From Tubulanus polymorphus (lineage: Eukaryota; Animalia; Nemertea), in NCBI RefSeq assembly GCF_964204645.1, contig NC_134025.1, positions 15,128,001 to 15,192,000 of the forward strand: a stretch of DNA of 64,000 nt, in the 5' to 3' direction. Every line of letters starts with the position of its first letter. The first letter of the stretch is position 1. Under the pieces are notes generated by a model that saw only the letters and a program-made list of their open reading frames with translations, did no database searches and was not told the DNA's origin. The position numbers and the translations under genes are program-made. This document shows, in pieces, positions 49,300 through 62,569 of this stretch.

Positions 49300-49667
49300 G
49301 CCGTAAATTTAATTGTTATTTGATTTAATCATTTAAAAGTTTATATTTTTAAAATGATTATAAAATATTTAATTAAAAACTAGCAAATATTTTATGAACT
49401 GTTTAATTTTTCTCTTAAATAAATGGATGGTTTCATTCCAACTGGGAAAAGTGATTTAAAACATTATTGAGTTGCTGGAGGTTTAACATTAGCAGCATTA
49501 TATTTTTACTATGAGAATATTTCAAAAGATTTGATGAATGAAAATAATAAATTGAGTAAAAAATTAAAGAAGTTAAATGGAAACAATCACAGAAATAAAA
49601 AGAATAAAAAAGTTAATTTAGAAAATGATTTAGAGGATTAAAACAGCATCTTTTAATTTCATATATT

Positions 49668-49982
49668 TTGACTATAAAAATGAGTGAAAATATATTAAAC
49701 TTATTACATCTAATATATAAAAATCAACAGAATATTAAATCAATTATTATGCTTACAGGTTTATTTTCTTTTTCAATTTATAGTATAAAACAGTTGTTAG
49801 AATTTTATGATTCTTGTAAAATTAGATATACAGAATTGAAAGAAAACATAAATTATCTATCAGATCGAATAAATAATATTAAATGCTGTGAAATATGTAA
49901 TAAAATATATAAAAATAAAAAATCATTAAGGAATCACACGTATATTCATGAGCTTAACAATAAACTGTATAATTCAAATTAA
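49668..49982 (+). CDS. Small protein with hydrophobic segment, coiled coil and C2H2 finger
   Basis: IIMLTGLFSFSIYSI; CEICNKIYKNKKSLRNHTYIH. Confidence 0.5.
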   Translation: MTIKMSENILNLLHLIYKNQQNIKSIIMLTGLFSFSIYSIKQLLEFYDSCKIRYTELKENINYLSDRINNIKCCEICNKIYKNKKSLRNHTYIHELNNKLYNSN

Positions 49983-50000
49983 GATATATAATATTTAGAT

Positions 50001-50679
50001 TAATACCCCCTTATGTCTTCATTGTCTTTAGTAGGCTTAGTACTTTTAGTACATAAAGAATAAATCTTTATTTTATTTGTAGTTGAAAAAAATAGAACTA
50101 CTAAACTACTAAGGAGATAAAGACCCAGTTTAAATAATAATATTTATTTATCACATAGATTTATGATATATTATTGTTTCAAAATAATAAATATCATAGA
50201 TTTATTAAATATTACTGTTTCAGTAATGATAAATCTTTGTCTTTATTGTCTTTAGTAGTTTAGTAGTTTTGAAAATAATTTTATTCAGTAGGAATAATAT
50301 AAATATTTATTCTTTATGTACTAAAAGTACATAAAGTACTAAAGACAATAAAGACACAAACCAACCAACACACATAGATTCATCATATATATTTGATTCA
50401 GTAATAAATATCATATATTTATTATATAAATTTGATTCAATAATGATAAATATAGTATTTATTTATCTCACAGATTTATTATATATTACTGTTTCAATAA
50501 TGATAAATATCATAGATTTATTACATATTACTTTTTCAGTAATAATATTTATTCATCTCACAGATTTATTATAAATGTTTTTATTTTTTTTTTTCTAAGT
50601 ACTAATGAAATAAAGATTTATTCGTTATGTACTAAAATTACTAAAAGTACTAAAGACATAAAGACGCAAGGGGTATTAT
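50001..50679. repeat. Fold-back region homologous to 29881-30478
   Basis: TAATACCCC...GGGGTATTA boundaries, same modules, same downstream TATTCATATT. Confidence 0.75.
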
Positions 50680-51183
50680 ATTCATATTCATATTTATTTT
50701 TATATCAAATAAAAGAGGCACATTTTCATATTCTTTAGCCAATATATTTTATATATTCAGCTAATATATTTTATATTTCCAACACTGGAAAAGTATAAAT
50801 CATATTCAATTATATATTTACTTTTATCATTAATAAAAGAGGATTACAATGAATCCGCTTGATTGTTTAACTGTTTAAGTATTAAATTGTGTACATTGTA
50901 TATTCATAAACTAAATGAAATAAATCACGAATAAGATTTTTAAATTAGCTGAAATGTATGAAATATTGTATGAAATATTAGTTAATTGAAAAGGGGGGTT
51001 GAGGTATCAATGTATTAAATACGTATTAATGTATTAAATACATATATTATGCTTTATCTTTTAAATTCAAGTCACAGAAGTAATTTATGTTTTAATTTAT
51101 TCAAATATGTTGTTAAATTTCTTTACATAAACTAAAATAATACAAGATGATACTAACTTATTCAAGGTAAAGTTTTTCTAGTA

Positions 51184-51364
51184 TTATTCTAGTCAAATGT
51201 AAAGAAATGTAAAGTAAACAAGAATTGAATAGATTCAATAAGAATTATAATAGGTTTCTTTAACTTTAACTAAATAATACTAGCTTATTCAATTGTATTG
51301 TTTTTCTAATGTTTTTTATTCAATTCTTGTTTACTTTACATTTCTTTACATTTGACTAGAATAA
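51184..51364. repeat. 48-bp perfect inverted repeat abutting the inner edge of the right TIR
   Basis: TTATTCTAGTCAAATGTAAAGAAATGTAAAGTAAACAAGAATTGAATA and its reverse complement; duplicated at ~53930-54110. Confidence 0.85.
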
Positions 51365-52862
51365 AACGCATATAAATATAAATAATCACTGTTTTAAATA
51401 TGAATTATTTCACTCGTTAATTACTCGTTACTTTTTATATTGAAAATAAGAATTTAACGCATATAAATATAAATATTCAATGATTTATATATGAATTATT
51501 TCAATCACACTTTACTAACACTTTTAATGTTTAAAAATCTAACTCATACCAAATATAAATATTGAAATATGTTTAAAATATATCTATATATCTATTTATA
51601 AGAGCTCGTTAATTACTCGTTACTTTTTTACTAACACTTTACTCACACTTTTATATTGAATAATCTATCAATTTATATATGTTATTCATTTATATTTTAT
51701 TCATGTATATGAATATTTTAAGAGTAATAGGGAATATGTTGTTTCAGGTTAAAGGTTGAATGGTCGAGTCCATTAATAACAAATATTAAAAGTAATTTAA
51801 AACTATAATATATTTTCATAACCGTGTGTATTTCAGTTGAATATTATTATTATTTGAATATATTTGATTATATGAATGTGTGTATTGTAAATAAATCAAT
51901 TGGTGGCGGAGCGGGGCGGTAGCGAAGTTGAGCGACCAATTGATTTAATACAATATGCTTTTTAAATTATTGATATCTTAGAATAAATATTTAGTTTTAA
52001 TATAAAATGCACACGGTTATGAAAATATATTATGGTTTTAAATTACTTTTATGGTTTTAAATTACCGTTCGACCTTTGATCTGAAGCAACATATTCCCTA
52101 TTACTGCTAAATAATATAGCATTTCCATGTTGAATGATATAAGTTTTTTAACTTAATATAGATTCAATAGATTTTCCTTAACAGTGATTGATATTGTTTT
52201 GAGAGTTAATTAATTATAGTGTACTTATTATTCAATTCATTTTGAGATAGTTGCATTAATGAATTAATATACTTTATGTTTTATGCAAATGTTAAGATAT
52301 ATTTTTTTATATTTTGTAGACCTTGCTAGTTGATAACTACTATAGTTGCCAGTCACATTTCCGATAGTTCCGATGGTTTATTGAAATTCGCTAAATGTAA
52401 ACCAACTGGTACTTAAATAAACTGTTCATCCGCACCAATAGTCTGTTTAGCTGATGTGCCTGGGACAGGTTTTCTTCCCCTCCGGACCTTAACCCCTGCA
52501 TACCACAATATCTCGACTTGAAGGGACATTAAACGCAAGGGTGCAACTGCAATTTCGAAGTAGCAGCTCCCGCAGTCCAATCGCCTGTTAATTTCGAATT
52601 GCCAGCGCCGGAAGCCCCGAGACAGCCGCCTATGAACTTCGAGCAACCAGCACCAGCAACACGTTCGCCACCTGTTCGTTTTGAGTCTCCGTTGACTCCC
52701 GTCGTACCGATGAGCAGTACGCCACATATGTTAAATCCAAACGCTGCTGTGTTCAATCCGCCCGGGATGCACCACACAAATGATCAACTCATTAATGAGT
52801 TTTCCGGTTTGCTCGGCTACTCGTGCTGGCGGGGTAGTCTGGAGAGGCCAATGAAAACTCCG

Positions 52863-53141
52863 GGGTGTTACTAAAACTATGTACTACTAAAACGAAGACC
52901 GAAGACCTATGCACTTTGCGAGACTAAACCTATGCATGACTAAAACGAAGACCGAAGACCTATGCACTCATTAGAAATCATAACTAGGGGCGCTATCTAT
53001 ATATTCAACCACCTCTGTCGATGAGTATAGGCAATCGGGACCTACTCGATATAAACATACATAAGGAAACGTAAAATGTTCGGTTATTTTTCTCGGGTGC
53101 ATAGGTCTTCGTTTTAGTAGTGCACAGTTTTAGTAACACCC
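52863..53141. mobile_element. MITE-like element with GGGTGTTACTAAAACTATG TIRs (second copy ~55601-55879)
   Basis: TIR GGGTGTTACTAAAACT.TG.ACTACTAAAACGAAGACC at both ends; subterminal repeats; no clear TSD. Confidence 0.6.
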
Positions 53142-55832
53142 ACACACGCAAAACTAAAACTATGCATGACTAAAACGAAGACCTATGCTCTTTTACAAAA
53201 CTTACTTCAAACGTCGAATTCTTTACGCAACCACTTCGGGGAAGCTCCAGTTACGACTATGCTGACAAATGTACGTATTTACGACGAATAAAACGAAGTT
53301 TTCATCTATTAATGTGCGATTTCTATTATATTCGATTCGCTGCGTTGTCGTGGCTAATACATCATTTTCACAAATAAATGTTGAGGATTCTATTCTTCTA
53401 TTAATACTCTACACTCCGCTCGAGCCAGATCTCATCTCGGGACCGTAATGATATGACCGACTCGAGTGATATCCGAGGAGGATGTCATGTATTTTATAAA
53501 CTTGTCCAAAAATTAAAAAAAAAAAAATCTTAGAATCGAACGGTTATCCGGGTTGATCGGATCCTGAATTTATCATTAATAAAAGAGGATTACAATGAAT
53601 CCGCTTGATTGTTTAACTGTTTAAGTATTAAATTGTGTACATTGTATATTCATAAACTAAATGAAATAAATCACGAATAAGATTTTTAAATTAGCTGAAA
53701 TGTATGAAATATTGTATGAAATATTAGTTAATTGAAAAGGGGGGTTGAGGTATCAATGTATTAAATACGTATTACTGTATTAAATACATATATTATGCTT
53801 TATCTTTTAAATTCAAGTCACAGAAGTAATTTATGTTTTAATTTATTCAAATATGTTGTTAAATTTCTTTACATAAACTAAAATAATACAAGATGATACT
53901 AACTTATTCAAGGTAAAGTTTTTCTAGTATTATTCTAGTCAAATGTAAAGAAATGTAAAGTAAACAAGAATTGAATAGATTCAATAAGAATTATAATAGG
54001 TTTCTTTAACTTTAACTAAATAATACTAGCTTATTCAATTGTATTGTTTTTCTAATGTTTTTTATTCAATTCTTGTTTACTTTACATTTCTTTACATTTG
54101 ACTAGAATAAAACGCATATAAATATAAATAATCACTGTTTTAAATATGAATTATTTCACTCGTTAATTACTCGTTACTTTTTATATTGAAAATAAGAATT
54201 TAACGCATATAAATATAAATATTCAATGATTTATATATGAATTATTTCAATCACACTTTACTAACACTTTTAATGTTTAAAAATCTAACTCATACCAAAT
54301 ATAAATATTGAAATATGTTTAAAATATATCTATATATCTATTTATAAGAGCTCGTTAATTACTCGTTACTTTTTTACTAACACTTTACTCACACTTTTAT
54401 ATTGAATAATCTATCAATTTATATATGTTATTCATTTATATTTTATTCATGTATATGAATATTTTAAGAGTAATAGGGAATATGTTGTTTCAGGTTAAAG
54501 GTTGAATGGTCGAGTCCATTAATAACAAATATTAAAAGTAATTTAAAACTTTAATATATTTTCATAACCGTGTGTATTTCAGTTGAATATTATTATTATT
54601 TGAATATATTTGATTATATGAATGTGTGTATTGTAAATAAATCAATTGGTGGCGGAGCGGGGCGGTAGCGAAGTTGAGCGACCAATTGATTTAATACAAT
54701 ATGCTTTTTAAATTATTGATATCTTAGAATAAATATTTAGTTTTAATATAAAATGCACACGGTTATGAAAATATATTATGGTTTTAAATTACTTTTATGG
54801 TTTTAAATTACCGTTCGACCTTTGATCTGAAGCAACATATTCCCTATTACTGCTAAATAATATAGCATTTCCATGTTGAATGATATAAGTTTTTTAACTT
54901 AATATAGATTCAATAGATTTTCCTTAACAGTGATTGATATTGTTTTGAGAGTTAATTAATTATAGTGTACTTATTATTCAATTCATTTTGAGATTAATGA
55001 ATTAATATACTTTATGTTTTATGCAAATGTTAAGATATATTTTTTTATATTTTGTAGACCTTGCTAGTTGATAACTACTATAGTTGCCAGTCACATTTCC
55101 GATAGTTCCGATGGTTTATTGAAATTCGCTAAATGTAAACCAACTGGTACTTAAATAAACTGTTCATCCGCACCAATAGTCTGTTTAGCTGATGTGCCTG
55201 GGACAGGTTTTCTTCCCCTCCGGACCTTAACCCCTGCATACCACAATATCTCGACTTGAAGGGACATTAAACGCAAGGGTGCAACTGCAATTTCGAAGTA
55301 GCAGCTCCCGCAGTCCAATCGCCTGTTAATTTCGAATTGCCAGCGCCGGAAGCCCCGAGACAGCCGCCTATGAACTTCGAGCAACCAGCACCAGCAACAC
55401 GTTCGCCACCTGTTCGTTTTGAGTCTCCGTTGACTCCCGTCGTACCGATGAGCAGTACGCCACATATGTTAAATCCAAACGCTGCTGTGTTCAATCCGCC
55501 CGGGATGCACCACACAAATGATCAACTCATTAATGAGTTTTCCGGTTTGCTCGGCTACTCGTGCTGGCGGGGTAGTCTGGAGAGGCCAATGAAAACTCCG
55601 GGGTGTTACTAAAACTATGTACTACTAAAACGAAGACCGAAGACCTATGCACTTTGCGAGACTAAACCTATGCATGACTAAAACGAAGACCGAAGACCTA
55701 TGCACTCATTAGAAATCATAACTAGGGGCGCTATCTATATATTCAACCACCTCTGTCGATGAGTATAGGCAATCGGGACCTACTCGATATAAACATACAT
55801 AAGGAAACGTAAAATGTTCGGTTATTTTTCTC

Positions 55833-58780
55833 GGGTGCATAGGTCTTCGTTTTAGTAGTGCACAGTTTTAGTAACACCCACACACGCAAAACTAAAACTA
55901 TGCATGACTAAAACGAAGACCTATGCTCTTTTACAAAACTTACTTCAAACGTCGAATTCTTTACGCAACCACTTCGGGGAAGCTCCAGTTACGACTATGC
56001 TGACAAATGTACGTATTTACGACGAATAAAACGAAGTTTTCATCTATTAATGTGCGATTTCTATTATATTCGATTCGCTGCGTTGTCGTGGCTAATACAT
56101 CATTTTCACAAATAAATGTTGAGGATTCTATTCTTCTATTAATACTCTACACTCCGCTCGAGCCAGATCTCATCTCGGGACCGTAATGATATGACCGACT
56201 CGAGTGATATCCGAGGAGGATGTCATGTATTTTATAAACTTGTCCAAAAATTTAAAAAAAAAAAATCTTAGAATCGAACGGTTATCCGGGTTGATCGGAT
56301 CCTGATCGATCGAAGTCTACTGTTGTAGGAGTACGCGTTATTGTGACTGATTAATTATTCGCCATTAACCAAAATTGAACTGGGTGCATAGGTCTTCGTT
56401 TTAGTAGTGCATAGTTTTAGTAACACCCACACACGCAAAACTAAAACTATGCATGACTAAAACGAAGACCTATGCACTTTTGCAAAACTTACTTCAAACA
56501 TGAAATTATTCACACAACCACTTCGGGGAAGCTCCAGTTACGACTATGCAGACAAATGTACGTATTTACGACGAATGAAACGAAGTTTTCATCTATAAAT
56601 GTGCGATTTATATCATATTCGATTCGCTGCGTTGTCGTTGCTAATACATTATTTTCACAAATAATTGTTTACGATTCTATTCTTCTGTCAATACTCTACA
56701 CTCCGCTCGAGGCGGATCCCATCTTGAGACCGTAATGAAATTACCGACTCGAGTGATATCTGAGTAGGATGTCATGTATTGTATAAAGTTGTCCAAAATT
56801 TTTCAAAAAACATCTTAGAATCGAACGGTTATCCGGGTTGATCGGATCCTGATCGAAGTCTACTGTTGTAGGAGTACGCGTTATTGTGACTGATTAATTA
56901 TTCGCCATTAACCAAAATTGAACTGGGTGCATAGGTCTTCGTTTTAATAGTGCATAGTTTTAGTAACACCCACACACGCAAAACTAAAACTATGCATGAC
57001 TAAAACGAAGACCTATGCACTTTTACAAAACTTAATTCAAACATGGAATTATTCACGCAACCACTTCGGGGAAGCTCCAGTTACGACTATGCCGACAAAT
57101 GTACGTATTTACGACGAATAAAACGGAGTTTTTATCTATAAATGTGCGATTTCTATTATATTCGATTCGCTGCGTTGTCGTGGCTAATACATCATTTTCA
57201 CAAATAAATGTTTAGGATTCTATTCTTCTATTAATACTCTACACTCCGCTCGAGCTGGATCTCGTCTCGGGACCGTAATGATATGACCGACTCGAGTGAT
57301 ATCCCAGTAGAATGTCATGTATTTTATAAACTTGTCCAAAATTTTTCAAAAAACATCTTAGAATCGAATGGTTATCCGGGTTGATCGGATCCTGATCGAT
57401 CGAAGTCCACTGTTGTTGGAGTACGCGTTATTGTGACTGATTAATTATTCGCCATTAACCAAAATTGAACTGGGTGCATAGGTCTTCGTTTTAGTAGTGC
57501 ATAGTTTTAGTAACACCCACACACGCAAAACTAAAACTATGCATGACTAAAACGAAGACCTATGCACTTTTACAAAACTTACTTCGAACGTGGAATTCTT
57601 CACGCAACCACTTGGGGGAAGCCTAGTTACGACTATGCCGACAAATGTACGTATTTACGACGAATAAAACGAAGTTTTCATCTATAAATGTGCGGTTTCT
57701 ATTATATTCGATTCGCTGCGTTGTCGCGGCTAATACATCATTTTCACAAATAAATGTTTAGGATTCTATTCTTCTATTAATACTCTACACTCCGCTCGAG
57801 CCGGATCTCATCTCGGGACCGTAATGATATGACCGACTCGAGTGATATCCGAGTAGGATGTCATGTATTTTATAAACTTGCCCAAAATTTTTCAAAAAAC
57901 ATCTTAGAATCGAACGGTTATCCGGGTTGATCGGATCCTGATCGATCGAAGTCTACTGTTGTAGGAGTACGCGTTATTGTGACTGATTAATTATTCGCCA
58001 TTAACCAAAATTGAACTGGGTGCATAGGTCTTCGTTTTAGTAGTGCATAGTTTTAGTAACACCCACACACGCAAAACTAAAACTATGCATGACTAAAACG
58101 AAGACCTATGCACTTTTACAAAACTTAATTCAAACATGGAATTATTCACGCAACCACTTCGGGGAAGCTCCAGTTACGACTATGCCGACAAATGTACGTA
58201 TTTACGACGAATAAAACGGAGTTTTTATCTATAAATGTGCGATTTCTATTATATTCGATTCGCTGCGTTGTCGTGGCTAATACATCATTTTCACAAATAA
58301 ATGTTTAGGATTCTATTCTTCTATTAATACTCTACACTCCGCTCGAGCTGGATCTCGTCTCGGGACCGTAATGATATGACCGACTCAAGTGATATCCCAG
58401 TAGGATGTCATGTATTTTATAAACTTGTCCAAAATTTTTCAAAAAACATCTTAGAATCGAACGGTTATCCGGGTTGATCGGATCGTGATCGATCGAAGTC
58501 CACTGTTGTAGGAGTACGCGTTATTGTGACTGATTAATTATTCGCCATTAACCAAAATTGAACTGGGTGCATAGGTCTTCGTTTTAGTAGTGCATAGTTT
58601 TAGTAACACCCACACACGCAAAACTAAAACTATGCATGACTAAAACGAAGACCTACTTCAAACATGGAATTCTTCACGCAACCACTTCGGGGAAGCTCCA
58701 GTTACGACTATGCCGACAAATGTACGTATTTACGATGAATAAAACGAAGTTTTCATCTATAAATGTGCGATTTCTATTAG
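55833..58780. repeat. ~545-bp tandem satellite, about 5.3 units
   Basis: Units start GGGTGCATAGGTCTTCG at ~55833, 56382, 56926, 57472, 58018 and 58565; a partial unit also at ~53095-53567. Confidence 0.92.
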
Positions 58781-59906
58781 GCCAAAAATGCATTTTTTCT
58801 CATGATTTTGAAATCCCGCCTGCATCGGAAAAATCATCGGAAAATTAGATGAAAATAATGTCCATCCTCCCGCATCATAGCTCGAAGATAAATGTGTTTT
58901 TTTATAAGAATTAAAATCCCCCCATCCGCATTGATATACTAACCATATCGTCATCTTTTCATCATTTTATTTCTCTATGAACGTATCGAGAAGTTTCTTT
59001 TTAGTAGTGCATAGTTTTAGTCTAATCTCAACCTTGGGGAATTAGTTATGTAACCATTTCAAAGACCTATGAAACCAATGAAGTGTCTAAGTGTTTCATT
59101 ATGAATTACTGTTCGTTGGTTTCTACCGCGTTAAAAAAGGGGTGGTGTACGGGGATGGTAGTAGAGGGTAAAGTGGTTGGTCCTGTCTAAAAGAATGTAT
59201 GGCCCTTAAAAACGTTCCACTCTGACATCGCCCTCCAATTCATTTTGCGAAAATTGAAGCCAGTTTTAAGATTGGGTGTCTGGGGTCAAGTTGTTTATCG
59301 CTGTACGTGACACTAGGTGTCCGTTTTCTGCTGTGTATCACTTATGCACTCATCGATTCACCTTAAAATTGTCACCACACCTTGGCGAATAAACTGACGT
59401 GGATAGATCTTCGTTAGTCAAGCCCACGCAAGGGAAACTACAACTATGTACATTTGTACGACTAAAATGAAGACATATGCACCAAACGTGGCATCCTCGC
59501 TTGGCAGGTTTTAATTGCCGCCCGCCGGAAGTTCATGTCAACACATACCCTTGCCGCAAACCCTCTATTGTTCTTATTACATCGCCCACGATTTCTCGGG
59601 TGAAAAAGGTTCCCGCTCAGCGCCTACCAGTCTATATTCTAGCCAATCAGATGCGTTTTTCCTGGCACAACGTTTGCTCTATAAATACCACGCATCTGAT
59701 ATGTAAGTAATAGGGGTAATGGGCTTTCAGGCCAAAGGTCGAACGGTCGAGCTCATAAAAAATGAAAAATAAATTCTTGCACGCTCGAATTTATTTTTCA
59801 TTTTTTACTTGCCCGCCCTTTCAACCTTTAGCCTGAAAGCCCATTACCCCTATAACTCTTAAAATATTCATATATATGAATAACATATAAATGAATAACT
59901 TCTAAA

Positions 59907-62540
59907 AAGGATAAAATATTAGAATTCAAAAAATATGATTACAAAAATAAAGTACCATTTTTTATATATGGAGATTTTGAATCATTAAATAAAGATTTAA
60001 CTGATCAAGATAGAAAAGAAATATATTATAAAAGAAAGAAATAAAATTCTAATGAAAATGATTTTTCAGATGAACCACCAAAAACAAATACTATTAAAAA
60101 GATTCATCAATCAGCTGCAGCTTTCGGATTATAAATAAAATCTGATTATCCAGAACTAATTAAAAGTGAATATTATGATTATAGAAATGAAAATGTTATC
60201 AATCATTTTTGTGACTTATTAATTGAATATGAAATAAAATTTAATGAAAAGTTAAATGAAAATATAGAAATTATAATGACAGAAGAAGATAAAGAAGCAT
60301 TTGAGTTTGCAGATAAATGTTATTATTGTGAAAAGATATTTAACTATAAAGATAAACAAGTAAGAGACCATGATCATTTGAACGGAAAGTTTAGAGGCGC
60401 AGCGCATGAGAATTGTAACTTACAAGCTAAGAAAATTAACTTTGTACCAGTTATATTTCATAATCTATCAGGATATGATGCACATTTATTTATCAAACAG
60501 TTATGTCATAAAATAGAAGAAATTAATAATGAAATAGAAAGATTAAATTCAAATAGATCAAAAGATAAAATAACAACATATAAATTTAAAATGTTAGCTA
60601 AAACATCTGAGAATTATATATCATTCCAATTCGGGTGTCTAAGATTTATAGATTCATATAGATTTTTAGGTAGTTCATTAGATAACTTATCAAAATCATT
60701 AGTTGATGATGAATTAAAAATATTAAAACAACTTTATCCAAATAATGATTTCCAATTAATGAGATATAAAGGAGCGATTCCATATTCTTTCTATAAAAAT
60801 GATAATGATTTCAATATAACTGAATTATTAAAAGAACAATTCTATGATGAATTAAAAAATGAATATGTTAAAGATGAAGTATATAATAGAACATTGAATA
60901 TTTGGAATCATTTCAAAATAGAAAATCATGGGCCATTAGTAGATTAATATTTAAAATCAGATGTATTATTATTAACCGATATATTCGAAAGGTTTAGAGA
61001 TGTAAACCTAAAATATTTTAATATTGATCCATGTCATTGTTATTCATCACCAGGATTAACATGGGATTGTGGATTAAAATTTACAGATATAAAAATGGAT
61101 TTGTTAACAAATATAGATCAATTATTATTATTTGAAAAATCTATAAGAGGAGGAGTTTCAGGTGTATTAGGCGATAGATATTTCAATGTAAATGATAATC
61201 CTGGATATTAGTTATTATATATAGATGCAAATAATTTGTATGGTTGGGCAATGATGGAACCACAACCTTATGGAGTATTTGAAATAAGTGAAGTTTTACA
61301 ACATGAAATTAATTATAAATCCTAGATATTGCAGATGATTCAGATACTGGTTACTTCTTTGTTGTAGATTTAGAATATCCTGAACATATTAAATTTAAAT
61401 CTAGAAATCTAGCATACTGTCCAGAACATAAAACTGTTAAACATGAAGAATTATCAAATTATCAAAAAAGAATTAAACCCGAAAATCATATTCATACAGA
61501 AAAGTTAATGGTAACTCAGGAAGATAAATATGATTATGTAGTACATTATAGAATGTTGATGTTTTATTTGAACCAAGGAATGATCCTAAAATAAGTACAT
61601 AGATATATTTCATTTAGTCAATCAAAGTGGTTAGAAAAATATATAGACTTTAACACCAAACAGAGAACTGATGCTAAAACTGATTTTGAGAAAGATTTCT
61701 TCAACCTAATGAATAATGCATTCTATGGTAAGACTTGTGAAAGTATTAGAAATAGAAATGATATTGAGTTAGTTAGTGATGGCAAAAGGATAAGGCATTT
61801 AAAATCATATCCTAAAATTTTAGGTAACAGAATATTTGATGAAAATTTAGCTGCAGTTAAAATGAGAAGAACATCTATGAAATTTAATAAACCAATTTAT
61901 GTTGGAGCATCAGTTTTAGAAATATCAAAGCTATTGATGTATGAATTCTATTATAATGTATTACAACCTCATTTTGGAGAAATACATATATAAATCTTAT
62001 ATTTTGATACCGACAGTTACATATTAAAGATAAAAACTAATAACATAACTGATGATTTAAAAACATTAAAACATCATTTTGATTTCAGTAATTATCCTAA
62101 AGATCATGAATTGTTTAGCAATGATAATAAAAAGCGACCCGGGAAGTTTTGAGGATGAATTAGGCGGTGAAGAAATGCTAGAGTTCATAGGTATTAGATC
62201 TAAAATGTATTCATATAAAACTAAAGAACATGAAGCTAAACAGTTAAAAGGAATTACCAAAAGTGTAGTAGAAAAGAATATTTATTTCAAAGATTATATC
62301 AATTGTATATTCAAAGAAGAAGTTAGAAAACATAAGATGAAATGTTAAACATCTGAAGATCATGAAATGTTTATTGAAGAGATAGAGAAGATAAGTCTAA
62401 ACCCATTTGATAATAAAAGATATATTTTAGATGATGGAATTCATACAGTTGCTTATGGTTGTAATTTAGATGAATATCTAAAGTTCAAAAGAGAAGAAAC
62501 AAAAGAGAACGAGACAATGAAAAGAATTCTAACGTGTTAA
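59907..62540 (+). pseudogene. pPolB, 5'-deleted with many stops
   Basis: YGDFES, FHNLSGYD, YIDANNLYG, NNAFYGK, YFDTDS. Confidence 0.92.
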
Positions 62541-62569
62541 TCAAATTTTAATAAAAATATGTATTATAA

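Larger units (their letters stand above)
47340..52105. mobile_element. Non-autonomous Polinton derivative (4.77 kb) with 6-bp TSD
   Basis: AGT...ACT termini; TSD GCTAAA at 47334-47339 and 52106-52111; ~710-740-bp TIRs (47340-48052 / ~51365-52105) starting with long-type hairpins; no integrase, ATPase or capsid gene. Confidence 0.93.
50823..56305. repeat. Tandem duplication of ~2.74 kb (50823-53567 and 53569-56305)
   Basis: Near-identical copies (8-bp indel near 54993); duplicates the right TIR, its GCTAAA flank and downstream DNA. Confidence 0.93.

Noticed and set aside
48792-49323. CRISPR-like array or MINCLTVE repeat proteins
   Set aside because: Head-to-tail 24-bp units with no unique spacers and no cas genes; the ORFs are by-products of a stop-free 24-bp unit.
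46981-52357. Precise Gypsy 3' LTR (TG at 46981 to CA at ~52357, split by the mini-Polinton)
   Set aside because: No 5' LTR is available for comparison, so the boundaries cannot be confirmed.
55833-58780. CRISPR-like palindromic repeats with spacers; ORFs 56472 and 58636
   Set aside because: The intervening ~450-bp sequences are themselves repeated, so this is a satellite; the ORFs are not conserved across units.
59586-59705. CCAAT plus TATAAA promoter next to copy 4
   Set aside because: Short motifs with no associated gene; probably part of an unidentified repeat.
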